Shown here: positions 14,014-25,700 of the stretch, piece after piece
How the letters are laid out: every line of letters starts with the position of its first letter
Numbering within the stretch: position 1 is the first letter of the stretch
From: Geosiphon pyriformis uo1
Taxonomy: Eukaryota; Fungi; Glomeromycota
DNA length: 44,102 nt
Assembly: GCA_016748015.1 (NCBI GenBank)
Contig: JAAOMT010000755.1
Location: 1-44,102, forward strand
Direction of reading: 5' to 3'
The notes under the pieces: generated by a model
What the model saw: the letters and a program-made list of their open reading frames with translations, nothing else
Database searches by the model: none
What the model was told of the DNA's origin: nothing
Translations under genes and position numbers: made by a program

Positions 14014-14035
14014 ATATATATATATATATATATAT
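14014..14035. repeat. (TA)n microsatellite in the divergent anoctamin/RGS intergenic region
   Basis: Visible TA run of about 11 units. Confidence 0.9.
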
Positions 14036-14701
14036 CGATATTACATGTATTATTATAACTATTTGTCAATCTGAAGCGATTCCCTCTATTCTCACAGTTG
14101 AAAAATATTTTTTATCGGTGAAAATAACGTTACCAAGCGGAATATGTGTAAGAGGGAAGAAAAATTCCCTGATGACACAGAAAACCCCTATTTTTAAAAT
14201 TTTGAATTATGTGTTGTCATTGAAAATTTAATATTTAAATCAAGTGATTGTTAAACCGGATAAGCTAATAATAAGAATAATTTTGAATGCATTCATTTCT
14301 AAAAAATTTGTTCTTAATTCATTCTATATTAGATGGCACTGGAAATATTTTTCGAATTATATAAAACCCAAGATGGTAATAAATGCAGAATTTTTTCAGT
14401 CATAAATCTATCGAAATGTGTGGGATTCTTGTCCAACAATACGAAAAATTTATTGAAATATAATAATAAACATCTATAGAAAGTTCATTGTGAGATTTAA
14501 TAAATACGAGTTAAAGAAACTTGTAAAGCTCATGATCAATTAACAGAATAAATTTCGAATTTATTCTATTAATAAACAGTTTTATAAATTGAAACAATCA
14601 ATCAGTTTTTCTTTAAACTATTTATATATGTATATTTGAGATTAATTTCAACTATTTCTATATAAGTAAAAAGCAGAAACCTTGAGGATTTATCTTTGAA
14701 C

Positions 14702-15970
14702 ATGTCTCAAGATGTCAAAATTCAAATGCGAATCGAATTCTTAAACTTTGAATTTGAAAATTCTGAAAATTTGAACCAATCATTAGAATTAAAGAATTAT
14801 GATCAATTTTCATCTCTTCAAAAGGTTGTAGTTGTTGGTGATGTCACATCATTAAAGGATATATTGAGGAATCGAAATAATGCTCCTTTTGATTTGGCCT
14901 CTTTTCGAGTTTTCACAGAGGATAGAATGTGTTCAGAATTGATTGATTTTTGGTGAGTGAAACTCTAAAATTTTAAAAGATTTCGAAATTAATCTCTTTT
15001 TCTATTTTCCCCTCTATAATATATAGGTGCTCGGTTGAAGCGTTTAGAACTATCATTGACCTGGAAACACATGAAAAACAAGCCAAATATATTTATGAAA
15101 CTTATATTTCTCAGCAAGCGCCAAAAGAAATTAACATTAGCGAACAAGTTAGAAGAACTATCCACCAAAAACTTTTCGATATCACAGAAACTCTGGTAAT
15201 TTTTATTAAATTCCTACCCATAAAAAATTTATATCAAGTCAACTTTTAAATAATCCCAATTTTCGATTCAAAAGGACACCAGCATTTTTGATGAATCACA
15301 ACAAGAAACAGAAACCCTCCTTCTCGGTAATATTTACCCAAAATTCATTAATCATGTCCATTTACGAAGAGAGCTTCTACTTTCACGAAACATAGCAATG
15401 TGGTGTTTTAACCCACCCACAATTCGAGGTTTTTTCACATTTCCAAATCCAATAAATAATGTCGAATCAAGAATTCACAACATTTGTGTAATCTTTCTCG
15501 TATCTATTTCTGTCATTCTGGCAAGATTTTACAATTTCCCATTTTTGTTTTTTTACATTTTCTATGGTTACACTGCAAGGGTTTTCACAGGACCACGATT
15601 AGATCCACAAGCCTTTTTGGTTTTATTTGTTTTTCGTCCCTTATTAGAAGATAAAATACCCCTTTTCAAATCACATTACGAATCCTCAATTCCAAAACAT
15701 TTTGCACAAATCTGTGGAATGCTTTTCTCTGGTCTAGGAACCCTATTTTGGTTTTTAAACATGAGAATCATTTCTTTGATTTTTTGGATTTTGCTTTTTA
15801 TCGCGGCTTTTTTGGCTGGTATTTTTAATTATTGTATTGCTTGTGAAATCATTTATTACGGTGCGAAGGCAGGATGGTTGCCAAAATCTTGGTATGATGA
15901 TTGTACCATGACTTATATTACTGGTGAAAATCATCGAAAATCGTTGTTCCCTAAAAATTTATCCCAATAG
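14702..15970 (+). CDS. RGS-domain protein fused to a C-terminal DUF4395-like multi-pass membrane domain (about 371 aa; exons 14702-14952, 15027-15195, 15275-15970)
   Basis: RGS motifs: SLKDIL...FRVFTEDRMCSELIDFW|CSVEAFR...AKYIYETYISQQAPKEINI...FDESQQETETLLLGNIYPKF. DUF4395-like motifs: FTFPNPINNVESR, YGYTARVFTGPRLDP, PKHFAQICGMLFS, NYCIACEI. Exon lengths 251+169+696=1116 nt, in frame, with GT-AG introns. Confidence 0.9.
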
Positions 15971-16281
15971 GAGATTGAGAAGCCAAACCAATATTTGATA
16001 TTTGCTTTTTAATAAAAATTTTATATGTCTTATTTTAATTTATCCAATTATTCTCAAATTAAATATTAAAAAATAATAATAACAATTTATTTTAATTATT
16101 CTCAATTTAAAAAAATATATTTTTATTAATTAGTTTAAAATTGATTCTTAAATAAAAAACATTATCTGATTAAATATTTCAATTGGCTTAAAATTGTCGA
16201 TCTCCTCTGATTCGCCAATATGAAACTACTAATCTATAAAATAACTTGCCAAAAAGATCCTTTCTTTTCTTGTGCTTGAAT

Positions 16282-17749
16282 ATGGGAGAAACGCTTAGCA
16301 AACTAGCTGTTGATACCGCTTCCTTCCTGCTAGGAACCCAAGTCGCTGACACGGTAACATGTGAAGTTTTGATTCGTCCCTTTCGTCAATTCCGGGGCTG
16401 ATACTTGCTTTCATCAGCTGCTTCCGATTGCTTCAATTGCGTACGGGACCCAATTCTTGGCTTTTTTGGTCGCAGCACCCCTTCATACTGAAAAGGTAAG
16501 TTGAGCTTTAGCAATAATTGTTATTTTCGATGCTTATTTAATTTTTTGAATAATTTTTTTGCAAATTAGTTTTATGATTTATGTGGCTGGTATATTGAGC
16601 TTCTTTACTTTCCGCTGCCTTTAATCCATCAAAGAAAAGTTCCTCTAATTCTGGTGATTTTTCCTCAAACCTTCGAACCCTTTAAAATTAAGCTTAACCT
16701 TTACGGCATGCGCAATAGTTTCCTTATTAAAACCATGGAAACAACCTCTTCCGGACTCTCTCTCGTCTCTTTTTGAAAACACACACCCACGTCAACTGCT
16801 TGCTACAACGCAGACAATTATATGGTCGATTCGATTGGGAACCTTTTTGTTCTGGCGAATTCTGAAAGATGGAGAAGATTCGCGGTTCAAGAAGATTAAA
16901 CATCAAGTGGCCATATTCTTCGTACTATGGATGGGCCAAGCATTATGGAATGTAGTGACTGCCATCGCAGTCTATACTGTCAATTCGTTGGTGTGTAATT
17001 TGGTTGAAATGGCTATATTTTTAAGGACTCTAATTGATTTTTCAAAAGAATTTCGATAAATTAAGTCTTCTAATTTCAATGACTTTATTTTAGCCTAAGG
17101 AGATACACCCTGATTTAGGGTTCTTAGATTACATTGGAATAGCCATTTGGGTAATAGGATTCGCTGTTGAAGTGATTGCCGATTTTCAAAAATCTTCTTT
17201 TAGGAGTAAACCTGAGAATAAGAGAAAATTTATCAATCATGGATTGTGGAGGTAAAGGTTTATTAATATTGAAAAATATATATCAACTATTTTATTTTGA
17301 TTATTTATTCAATTATTATTATTATTATTATTATTATTAAAATTTTCAAAACTTGACCGTGGATAGATTAAGCCGACATCCGAATTATTTCGGGGATGTT
17401 ACATTGGTAAAGAAATTTTCTTTGAAACCGAAATAATTATTTCCCAGTTACTAACGCCCTAAAATTTCAATCACAATTACAGTGGATAGGAACCACATTA
17501 CTTTGCACTCCAGCTCTCATAAAAGTTTCCCACTCTCACCCACACTTAATCAAGCCCTTATTCGCCTATTCTACATGTTTAGCACCCGCCTTTCTTTATT
17601 CACAACTCAGCTATGCAAGTGGTGTTACGATTCTAGAAGCTCAAGGTGAAAAGAGATGGGGTAGCTCTGCAGAGTACAAGGCGTATATTAAGAATACAAA
17701 TAGGTTTTTTCCATGGTGGCCAAGAAGCATCAAGGTCAAGGATCAATAA
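16282..17749 (+). CDS. DUF1295 family membrane protein (steroid 5-alpha-reductase C-terminal-like)
   Basis: Spliced product MGETLSK...HTEKFYDLCG...HPRQLLA...WSIRLGTFLFWRILKDGEDSRF...EVIADFQKSSF...FINHGLWRLSRHPNYFGD...SGVTILE...YKAYIKNTNRFFPW. Confidence 0.9.
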
Positions 17750-18158
17750 ATCAACTGCTTTAGTTGGATTTATATTGAAGTGGCAGAGGGTTTCGTGATA
17801 CATTTTTTGTGGCAACAGCAATCATGTGAAAATCATGATAATTTAAAATACTTGACCAAAGCCACTTACATGTTCACATGCCATATATTGCCAAGTTCAA
17901 ATTATCACAATGAAGAGCTGTAGATCTTTCCATTACCAAAATTTCAATAGTATTGTCAATATTAAGAAAGTTTTGCGCAGCGGAAGAGACCTGTTATGAT
18001 CTTACACATAGATTTTATTTTTGGATAAATCAAGAATATGATATATTTATCGCGTTCTTTAGTCGAAGAGTCCATTAATGGTTTACCTCTCTTCTTCATC
18101 CCTATTTCTAATCAGTGTTACCTGACCAATTATTTTTTCCGAAATTTTAAAGACAACG

Positions 18159-19414
18159 ATGTCTAAAGGCACTTCCGACAAAAACTCTCTTTCGACTCAT
18201 TTTATTGCCGGTGGAGGTGCAGGTTTTACCGAAGCATGTTGTTGTCACCCACTAGATACGATAAAAGTTAGAATGCAGTTGAGCCAGCGGGTAAAGAAAG
18301 CGATGATTGATTCTCGGAAGTTCGTTCATGATATTTAGTGCGGCAACAATCGTTATTATGCCTGTTTTTCTCTCCTTCAAAGTTATTCATGGAACGCCTC
18401 TCCTCGTTTCTTATTTTTCCAGACACCGAGGCCAGGTTTCGTTACGGCTGCCGTAAACATCATAACAAAAGAATCTCCTCTCGCTTTATATAAAGGATTA
18501 GGCGCTGTGGTTATGGGGATTGTACCAAAGATGGCGATAAGATTTTCTAGTTTTGAAATGTACAAGAGTTGGTTTGCGAATAAAGAAACTGGAATAGTAT
18601 CCACAACTGCTACATTTCTCGGTAAGTAATCAAATCTTTTTCAAGTAAATACCTTCTTGTCTACATTAATCGAAAACTTCTCAATGCGAACCGATCTCAA
18701 CTAACCAAAGAAATGACCCATATCGTTCTATATTACTCGCATATATCATTACCATAATCATATAGCTGGTCTCGGTGCTGGTATAACTGAAGCCGTAATG
18801 GTGGTAACGCCAATGGACGTAATTAAAATTCGATTGCAAGCGCAAAGACATTCAATGACTGATCCTTTAGATATACCCAAGTATCGTAATGCTGCTCATG
18901 CTGCTTACACGATTGTTAAAGAAGAAGGTCTTACAGCATTATATAAAGGAGTAGCATTGACCGCCCTTCGGCAAGCCACCAATCAAGCGGTTAACTTTAC
19001 CGTTTACCAGGAGATGAAAAAACGAATGAAAAAATTACAAGGTACCAAAGATGGACAGGAATTACCAACTTATCAACATCTTTTAATGGGTGGTTTCAGC
19101 GGTGCTATGGGTAGGTATACAAGTTCTCACTTGAATCGGATTTTCCATTATAATAATGGTCAATGTATTTTTTAAAAGGACCACTTGCCAATGCACCAAT
19201 TGATACTATCAAAACTCGTATTCAGCGTTCAAAAGATGCAGAGAGTGGATGGTCTAGATTTAAAACGGTCACTGTATCATTGATTAGAAATGAAGGTTAT
19301 CTAGCCTTGTATAAAGGTCTTCTTCCACGATTGATGCGTGTTGGTGTAGGACAAGCCGTAACTTTCGCTGCCTATGAACGAATCAAAATTTATATGGAGA
19401 TAATGTCAAGGTAA
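18159..19414 (+). CDS. SFC1: Mitochondrial succinate/fumarate carrier (SLC25 family); exons 18159-18290, 18423-18621, 18766-19110, 19179-19414, with a possible extra last exon to 19656
   Basis: Three carrier signatures: CHPLDTIKVRMQ, VTPMDVIKIRLQAQ, NAPIDTIKTRIQ. SFC1/ACR1-typical motifs: ALYKGLGAVVMGIVPKMAIRF, HSMTDPLDIPKYRNAAHA, TALRQATNQ. Confidence 0.93.
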
Positions 19415-20049
19415 GAGTAGAAAAATAATCATTTTTTCGATATATAAAGTATGATTGTTTACTTGTGGGAATTGACAGGAAACTATTAGTTCTTGAAAGT
19501 CCAATGCCTTTTTATAAATTAGCAATTCATTAATTGACCCTTCTTGTTTGCTTGTTTAGGGATTTAAGTCTGCCTCTGATAGAATCCACCCTCTCTCCCT
19601 CACTTTCTCGAAACAGTAGTTTGCACAAGAACCAACAAACCAATGCTCAGGATTAGACAGTTTGATATTCGCTTATAAAGTACGGGGAAGCAGGACTTCG
19701 GAATTTTCGTCGCTTCAGTGGGAATTCTTGATGAATGTTTTGTTTATATTAAAATATATCCTCAAACTAGGATCTTAGAAACGAATTAGAAATGATGGTT
19801 TTTATTTAAATAGTGAATTGTAAATTAAAAAATCGCTTCTGAAATACCGTGTGATCGATAATCATGATTATGATAGTAGATCATGAATGTATTGTGGCTA
19901 ATGATGGCTGTTTATCTTATTGGCTAACAATCGTGTGAAACTTGATTTCAAGGTAATTTGATTATAAAATTGCGTTTATGCTTTTTGTTCTTTTTTGTCC
20001 ATTTTCAATGAATAATCCTTAAATTTGTAAGAAATATAATCAATATACA

Positions 20050-21640
20050 AGAAATCTTAAGTAAAAATAAATTTAACAATTTAATTAGACAAATTGCATA
20101 GGAATTTTATAGAAATCATACAAAGTATAGAAATTAACTGAAAGTTTTATTATTTAATCAAATTTAAGATTTTCAAGAATTTGGTTTTAATTATATAATT
20201 TGTTGATGAATACAACAATATAAAAAAATATTATTTAATTATTAAAATAATAAAAATGAAATGTTAAAAACCTCAAAATTATGTTTTATAACAAGTTTTA
20301 TTTATGTGAAATTTTTATTATTATGAATTATTATTAAATTTAATTATTATATTTAATATTATATTTATATAATTTGCATTAATAATAATATTACAAATAA
20401 AAATTAAATTAGAAATTTTTTTATTATTTTTTGACTTTTCAATATAATTGCTAGAAGTTTTGAGTAATAAATTAATAATTGACAAAAAATAAATTAAATA
20501 AATAAAGAAAGTATATTAAATAATATAAATTATTTAATAAAAATAAAATTATTAATTTTAATAATAAAATAAAATAAATAAATAAATAATGTTTGTAATT
20601 TTAAATAAAATAACTAAAAAAATTAAACTTTAAATTAATAAAATATAAAAAAAATTAATTAAATTAAATAAATAAATAAATAAGATTTAATAAGTAATTA
20701 ATAATTTAATATTTTTTATAAAATTAATAAAAAATTTATTGATTAAGTTGATAGCTAAATTAAATCATAAAAACACTAAAATTTTTATTTTATTTTAAAG
20801 ATATGAAAATAAATTATAAAATACAATATATATAAATAAAAAATAAATAAATCATTTTTAAAGAAATAAAATATGTTAATATTTAAGTTTACTTAAATTA
20901 TTATTTAAAAAGTAACAAAATTTATTAAAAAACTAACTTTTATTACAACAAATTTAATCAAATTAACCATATTTTATAATTTAAATTTAACTAAATTAAA
21001 TTTAAATTTATATATTTTAAACATATATATAATATTAAATAAGTACATTTATTTATAAAAAATTTTAATACAATAACAAATTAAAAAAAAAGCTTTTAAA
21101 AACCAAAAACAGCAATTTTTTTAACTTATTTAAATATTAAGTTTTTTAATTACAGTTTTAGTAATTTTTTGCATATTTTATTTAATATACTATTATATAA
21201 ATCAAATTTATTACTTTTTAATTCTAATTTATATATATGTAGTTATTTAATTATCTGTACAAATTTTATATTTTTTTGATATAAATATTAAAATTAATAT
21301 TATAATAATAATTTCTATTAAAATCAATAATATAGTTTTTAAACATAATCATTATATTTATTATTAATAAATCTTTTTATTTATTTTTAATTTTTATTTA
21401 TTATATGTATTATATTATAATTTATGTCTATAAATTTATTAAATAAAAAATAAAATTATATACTTATATTAAATTTTTAATAAATTTAATATTAAACTAA
21501 CAATAATATAATAATAAATTATATAAATTTTAAATTAAATTTTAAATTTTAAAAACTTAATTTAATAATAAAAGTAAACATAAATTAAAAAAATTAAAAT
21601 ATAATTACCAAAAATAAATATATTATAATTTATAAATTTT
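20050..21640. other. Extremely AT-rich tract, probably hypermutated repeat DNA
   Basis: Almost no G or C, and a composition matching the decodable Gypsy fossil at 24.3-25.7 kb. I could not decode a motif here. Confidence 0.5.
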
Positions 21641-21644
21641 AAAA

Positions 21645-23927
21645 AATAACTCTTTGTCTCTCAATTTTATAACCATGATCAGAGCAAAGAGTAAAAAAGC
21701 TGCACTTGATATTTTTCCTGAGATATCTAATAAAATTTCAATCAGGAAAGCTCTCTCTGTTGTAAAAGCAACTAGGCAAAACGTTTTAAAAGTTTTTTCT
21801 TTACCCAATAATCATAAAAAGCTGTTTTTGGTAGTTATTAAAGCATCTTCCTCATTTTTGGCTGGTTTTTCACCAGTTAAGATTCTCTTAAAGAGACATA
21901 TTTGAGTTAGTTCCAGTATTGTCTCTACCCCAACTAAGAGCCTAAAAGCTTTTAATAATAGATCTGTAAACAAGTTAGTCTTCCCTTCTCTTGCTTTAAC
22001 ACCTAGTACTGCTAGCACCATTTCTTTAAAAAAATGGTCAAAAAGACCAAAAGCTCAGAAAAATAGGGACAGTTGCTTGTTTTTGCTATTGTTACACCAA
22101 AACCCTTTGTGGTTTCCAATGAAATCTTAGATAAGATCTCTATAGTATTATCCAGCACATTATTTAAGATAGGCTAAGATCAACTACTGGCTGTGTTGCC
22201 AAATATGGTGTTTTTTGACAAATCATTACTGGTTTTAAAAGCAAAACATTCATCTTCTATTAGGTCATCTGTTCTTAGAAACTGGGCTAATTAAATGAAA
22301 ACTGAATCATCTTCTTCTCTCATTTCTGGTGCTGTTGCTGGTGGTACTTGGGAAACTATTGTTAGTTGTCAAAGATTTGCTGGATGGGTGGTCTCTACTT
22401 TAGTGCCTAATGCTACTTTTAAGATCAAACTGGCTTATGTTAAGACTGTTTTTCAGTTTGTACATGGTTTCTTGGGTGCTAAGTTAGTGTTAAAAGACAA
22501 TGTAAAGCTGTTTTGTGTGGAGTTTGCTTTTCAAGTGTCTTTGGAAGTTGTATTTTTGGTTGAGCTTACAAGCTCTGTACATTTGACTACTCTCAAAATT
22601 GCCAAGTCTTTGGTGATTTCTGAGTCTGGCTCTTTTTCTGCTGCTGTTGTACTGTGTAATATGCCTTTGGGTGTGTTTGCTGCTGACATTAAGACAGTTC
22701 TCAGTGTTTTTGGTATGGTTACTTGTATTGTGCTGAAGCCTGCTGGCATTTGGCAGTATGTTGTAATCTATTTTGAGAATTTGATTGCCACCACATCTGC
22801 TCTCAATCACTGATCTGTTTTGGTGGACAAAGATAGTGTTCGGATTTTTCTCCTTGTAAATCAACAAAAAACAATTGTGTCTTGTAATAAGTTTAAGACC
22901 AAGTTGGTCAATCTTTTTTCTGGCTGCACTGTCTTTGAAATCAGTGATATGGTTTCTCAAGTTGGTAATCAGACTTGTTTTATTCCTTGGTCTCCTGATT
23001 CTGGTTATCATTTTCACTTTGCTCTGATTACATTTGGCTCTTAAGCTGATTTGGATCTTGCTGTTATTAAAACTAGTACACTAAGAAAGTACTATATTTG
23101 GTGAGAAACTCCTGGTTGTCAGTGTTGTTTTTGGTGTCAAGAGATAAGCCACTTGGTTGTGGACTATAAGGTTGCTTCACCTCCTTCTTCTAAGACTTTC
23201 AAGATGTTTAAACTATGTTTTATTAGTTTTTTGTCTTATGTAAAAACATTTGTTTCCCCTGTTCTTTCTGAGTTTTCTCTTTTAGTGGCTTTTGCTCCTC
23301 CTGTAGCTGTTAATAATTCTTTGGTGTCTTCTCAACTGACATCTCTGAAATTTGATTTGGCCAAGCTTTCTGTTTTGGTTGAATCTATTGTTAAGCCTAT
23401 TAGCTTTATGGTCAAAATTTTTGAATAATTTGTTAATAGTAATCTGATTTCTAGTGCTGCTCTTGGCCTTAAGGTTAATGAAGTTTTGGTTCACATGAGT
23501 TCTTTTAGCAAAGCTGTTAGTAAGTTGAAGTGGAAAGTAGTTGCTCTGAAATTTGAGTGTGGCTTTGAGAATGTTGACATGTCAGGTTTTCATGTGAGTT
23601 TGTCATCTTTTAATGATAATATGTTTTCTAATTTGATGTTTTTTTGAGAACATGAATCTACTGCTATAAAGATTAATGCTTTTAAAACAGCTGAATGGCT
23701 AGTTAAGATTGGTTAATAATAATGCTACATTATTTGAGATTGTTCAAAGAATGTCTTTTTTGAGTAAGTTTTCTTTTAGTGCATCAATGTAGTATAGCCT
23801 GAACTGGCTTAAGTAGCTGGTTATATGTAGTAAGCATATGAACCATATTTAGTCCTAGATCACTTAGTTTGGTCCTAATTTCTAGATAATGATTGGGCCA
23901 TACTCATTAAATTCATAATAAAAAAAA
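21645..23927 (+). mobile_element. Non-LTR (LINE-type) ORF1-only element: degenerate ORF1 at 21675-23792 (RRM-like region, CCHC knuckle, coiled coil), short 3' UTR and poly(A)
   Basis: About 700 largely collinear codons broken by TGA/TAA stops. RRM-like segments (VVLCNMPLGVFAADIKTVLSVFGMV; KLVNLFSGCT...FALITF) and a decayed knuckle CFWCQEISHLVVDY (from CxxCxxxGHxxxxC). Ends ...ctcattaaattcataatAAAAAAAA. Almost no CpG. Confidence 0.8.
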
Positions 23928-24299
23928 TAATAATTTATAAAATTTTTATATTAAAAAAAATATAAAAAATATAAAATTTAAGTTTTTAATAATAATATAT
24001 TTATAATTTAAATGACTGATTATATATTAAAAATACATAATTTATATTTATAATATTATAAATTAAAATAATATATTAATAATAACAAAATAATACAAAT
24101 ATTGTATAATAAAAAAATAATTAAAGAGAAATTTAACTTAAAAAAAGTAAATAAATTACTAAATATTTAATATATAATATAAATTTATAAATATTTCAAT
24201 TATTATTTAAAAAATAACAAAAATCTAAAAATTTAGAAATAATTTATACTATTAACAAAAATAACATAATTGTTATATGTTTTATATTAGTATTTTTTA

Positions 24300-25700
24300 G
24301 TAAATATTTTATTAATTTATTTGTTTAAAAAAATAATAAAAAAAAAGTTATATATTTCAAGTTTTTTTATTAAAAAGTAATTTTTTAAAGCATTAATATT
24401 AATATATATATAAATAATTAAAACAGTTATTAAATTAAGTAATACTTAAACTTTTATCTATTTTATATATATTGGTTTTTATTAAATATTAGTATAATAA
24501 ATTTAATAATATTAATTCCAATTTTTTGCTTATATCTTTTAAAATTTTTAAATATTCTGTTAATAAATTAATATATATATTATAAATTACAATTTTTTAA
24601 ATAAAAATTTTATTGTTTTTACAAATATTTTTTTTGCTTTTAATTTGTAATTTAATAAATACTAAATAATTTTTTAAATTTATTATTGTGATTAATTTAA
24701 AACAAAATACTTATAATTAATTTGTAAAAATTGGTTAGATGTTTTTTATTATTTAATTTTAAATTAAAATAAAATATCTGTGTTTTAATTACTTGTTTTT
24801 TTTAATATTTGATCTTATAATTATATTTATTAATTAAAAAATTCAGCAAATAATTTATTTGTGTTTTAATATTTTTTGTTATATAGTTAAACCAAAGCTT
24901 AATAATTGATATATATTATAAAATAGATACTTAAAAAATATTAATTTTAATAGTTTGTTATTTAAATTATTATTATTCTTGTTTAAAAATAATGTAATTC
25001 TGTTTAATTAAAAATATTATTTTGTTTGTATAGCAATAATATGCTTTTTGTTATTATTTAATTAAAATAGAATAATACTTAATTAATATTTTAAAATATT
25101 AATATAAAAAATAAAAGATTTTTTTAATTAAATTACTTTAAATAGATTTAAAAATTAATTTTTTTTAGAAATATCAAACATTTTTTATTAAATAGTATTT
25201 CAATAATAATTATGTCTTTCTTAAAAAGCTAATTTAAAGAATAGACAATTTTGACAAAGTTTTTTACAAATTTTTAATAAAAAAATGCTAAGTTTTATAA
25301 TTTTTAATGAAAGCAGTTTAATTTTTCTTAATAGAATTAATTTGTATTTGTTAGAATTCAATAGTTAAATTAATAATAGAAAAGAACATAACACTTTTAA
25401 ATTTATTTAATATGTTTTTAATATTTAGAAAAAAATAAAATTTTAATAAATATTGGTATTTAATTTATAATAATTAACATAAAATTATAAGATTTTTTTT
25501 AATATTATTATAATTGGAAATACTTATTCATTTTTAATTTTTTGTATAAGACCAAATTTTTTTTTTGTTTTATTTATTTTTTAATAGACTTGTTATTTTG
25601 CTAATTGAATTAATAAAACTTTTTATAAAATATTCGAATTGATTTGATTTTAATTACATGTTAAATTAAATTGTCTTTTTAGAATGTTTTTTTTAAATAA
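24300..25700 (-). mobile_element. Ty3/Gypsy LTR-retrotransposon pol fossil (RT-RNase H-integrase), heavily mutated by C>T/G>A; limits approximate
   Basis: Minus-strand reading gives LAFFY*KFVKNFVKIVYSLN*LFKKDI (about 25290-25210; RT-end LASFYRKFVKNFAKIAxPL), KSFIFYINILKY*LSIILF* (RNase H KPFILYTDAS..GLGAVL), QNYIIFKQE, YFIIYINY*ALV*LY (F.V.TDH.AL.WL), and KIGINIIKF...KNQYI (integrase IGIDI.GP...GN.YI, about 24525-24460). Domain order RT-RH-IN is Gypsy-type. Confidence 0.8.

Noticed and set aside
22490-23494. Minus-strand ORFs over the non-LTR element
   Set aside because: Antisense shadows of the plus-strand ORF1.
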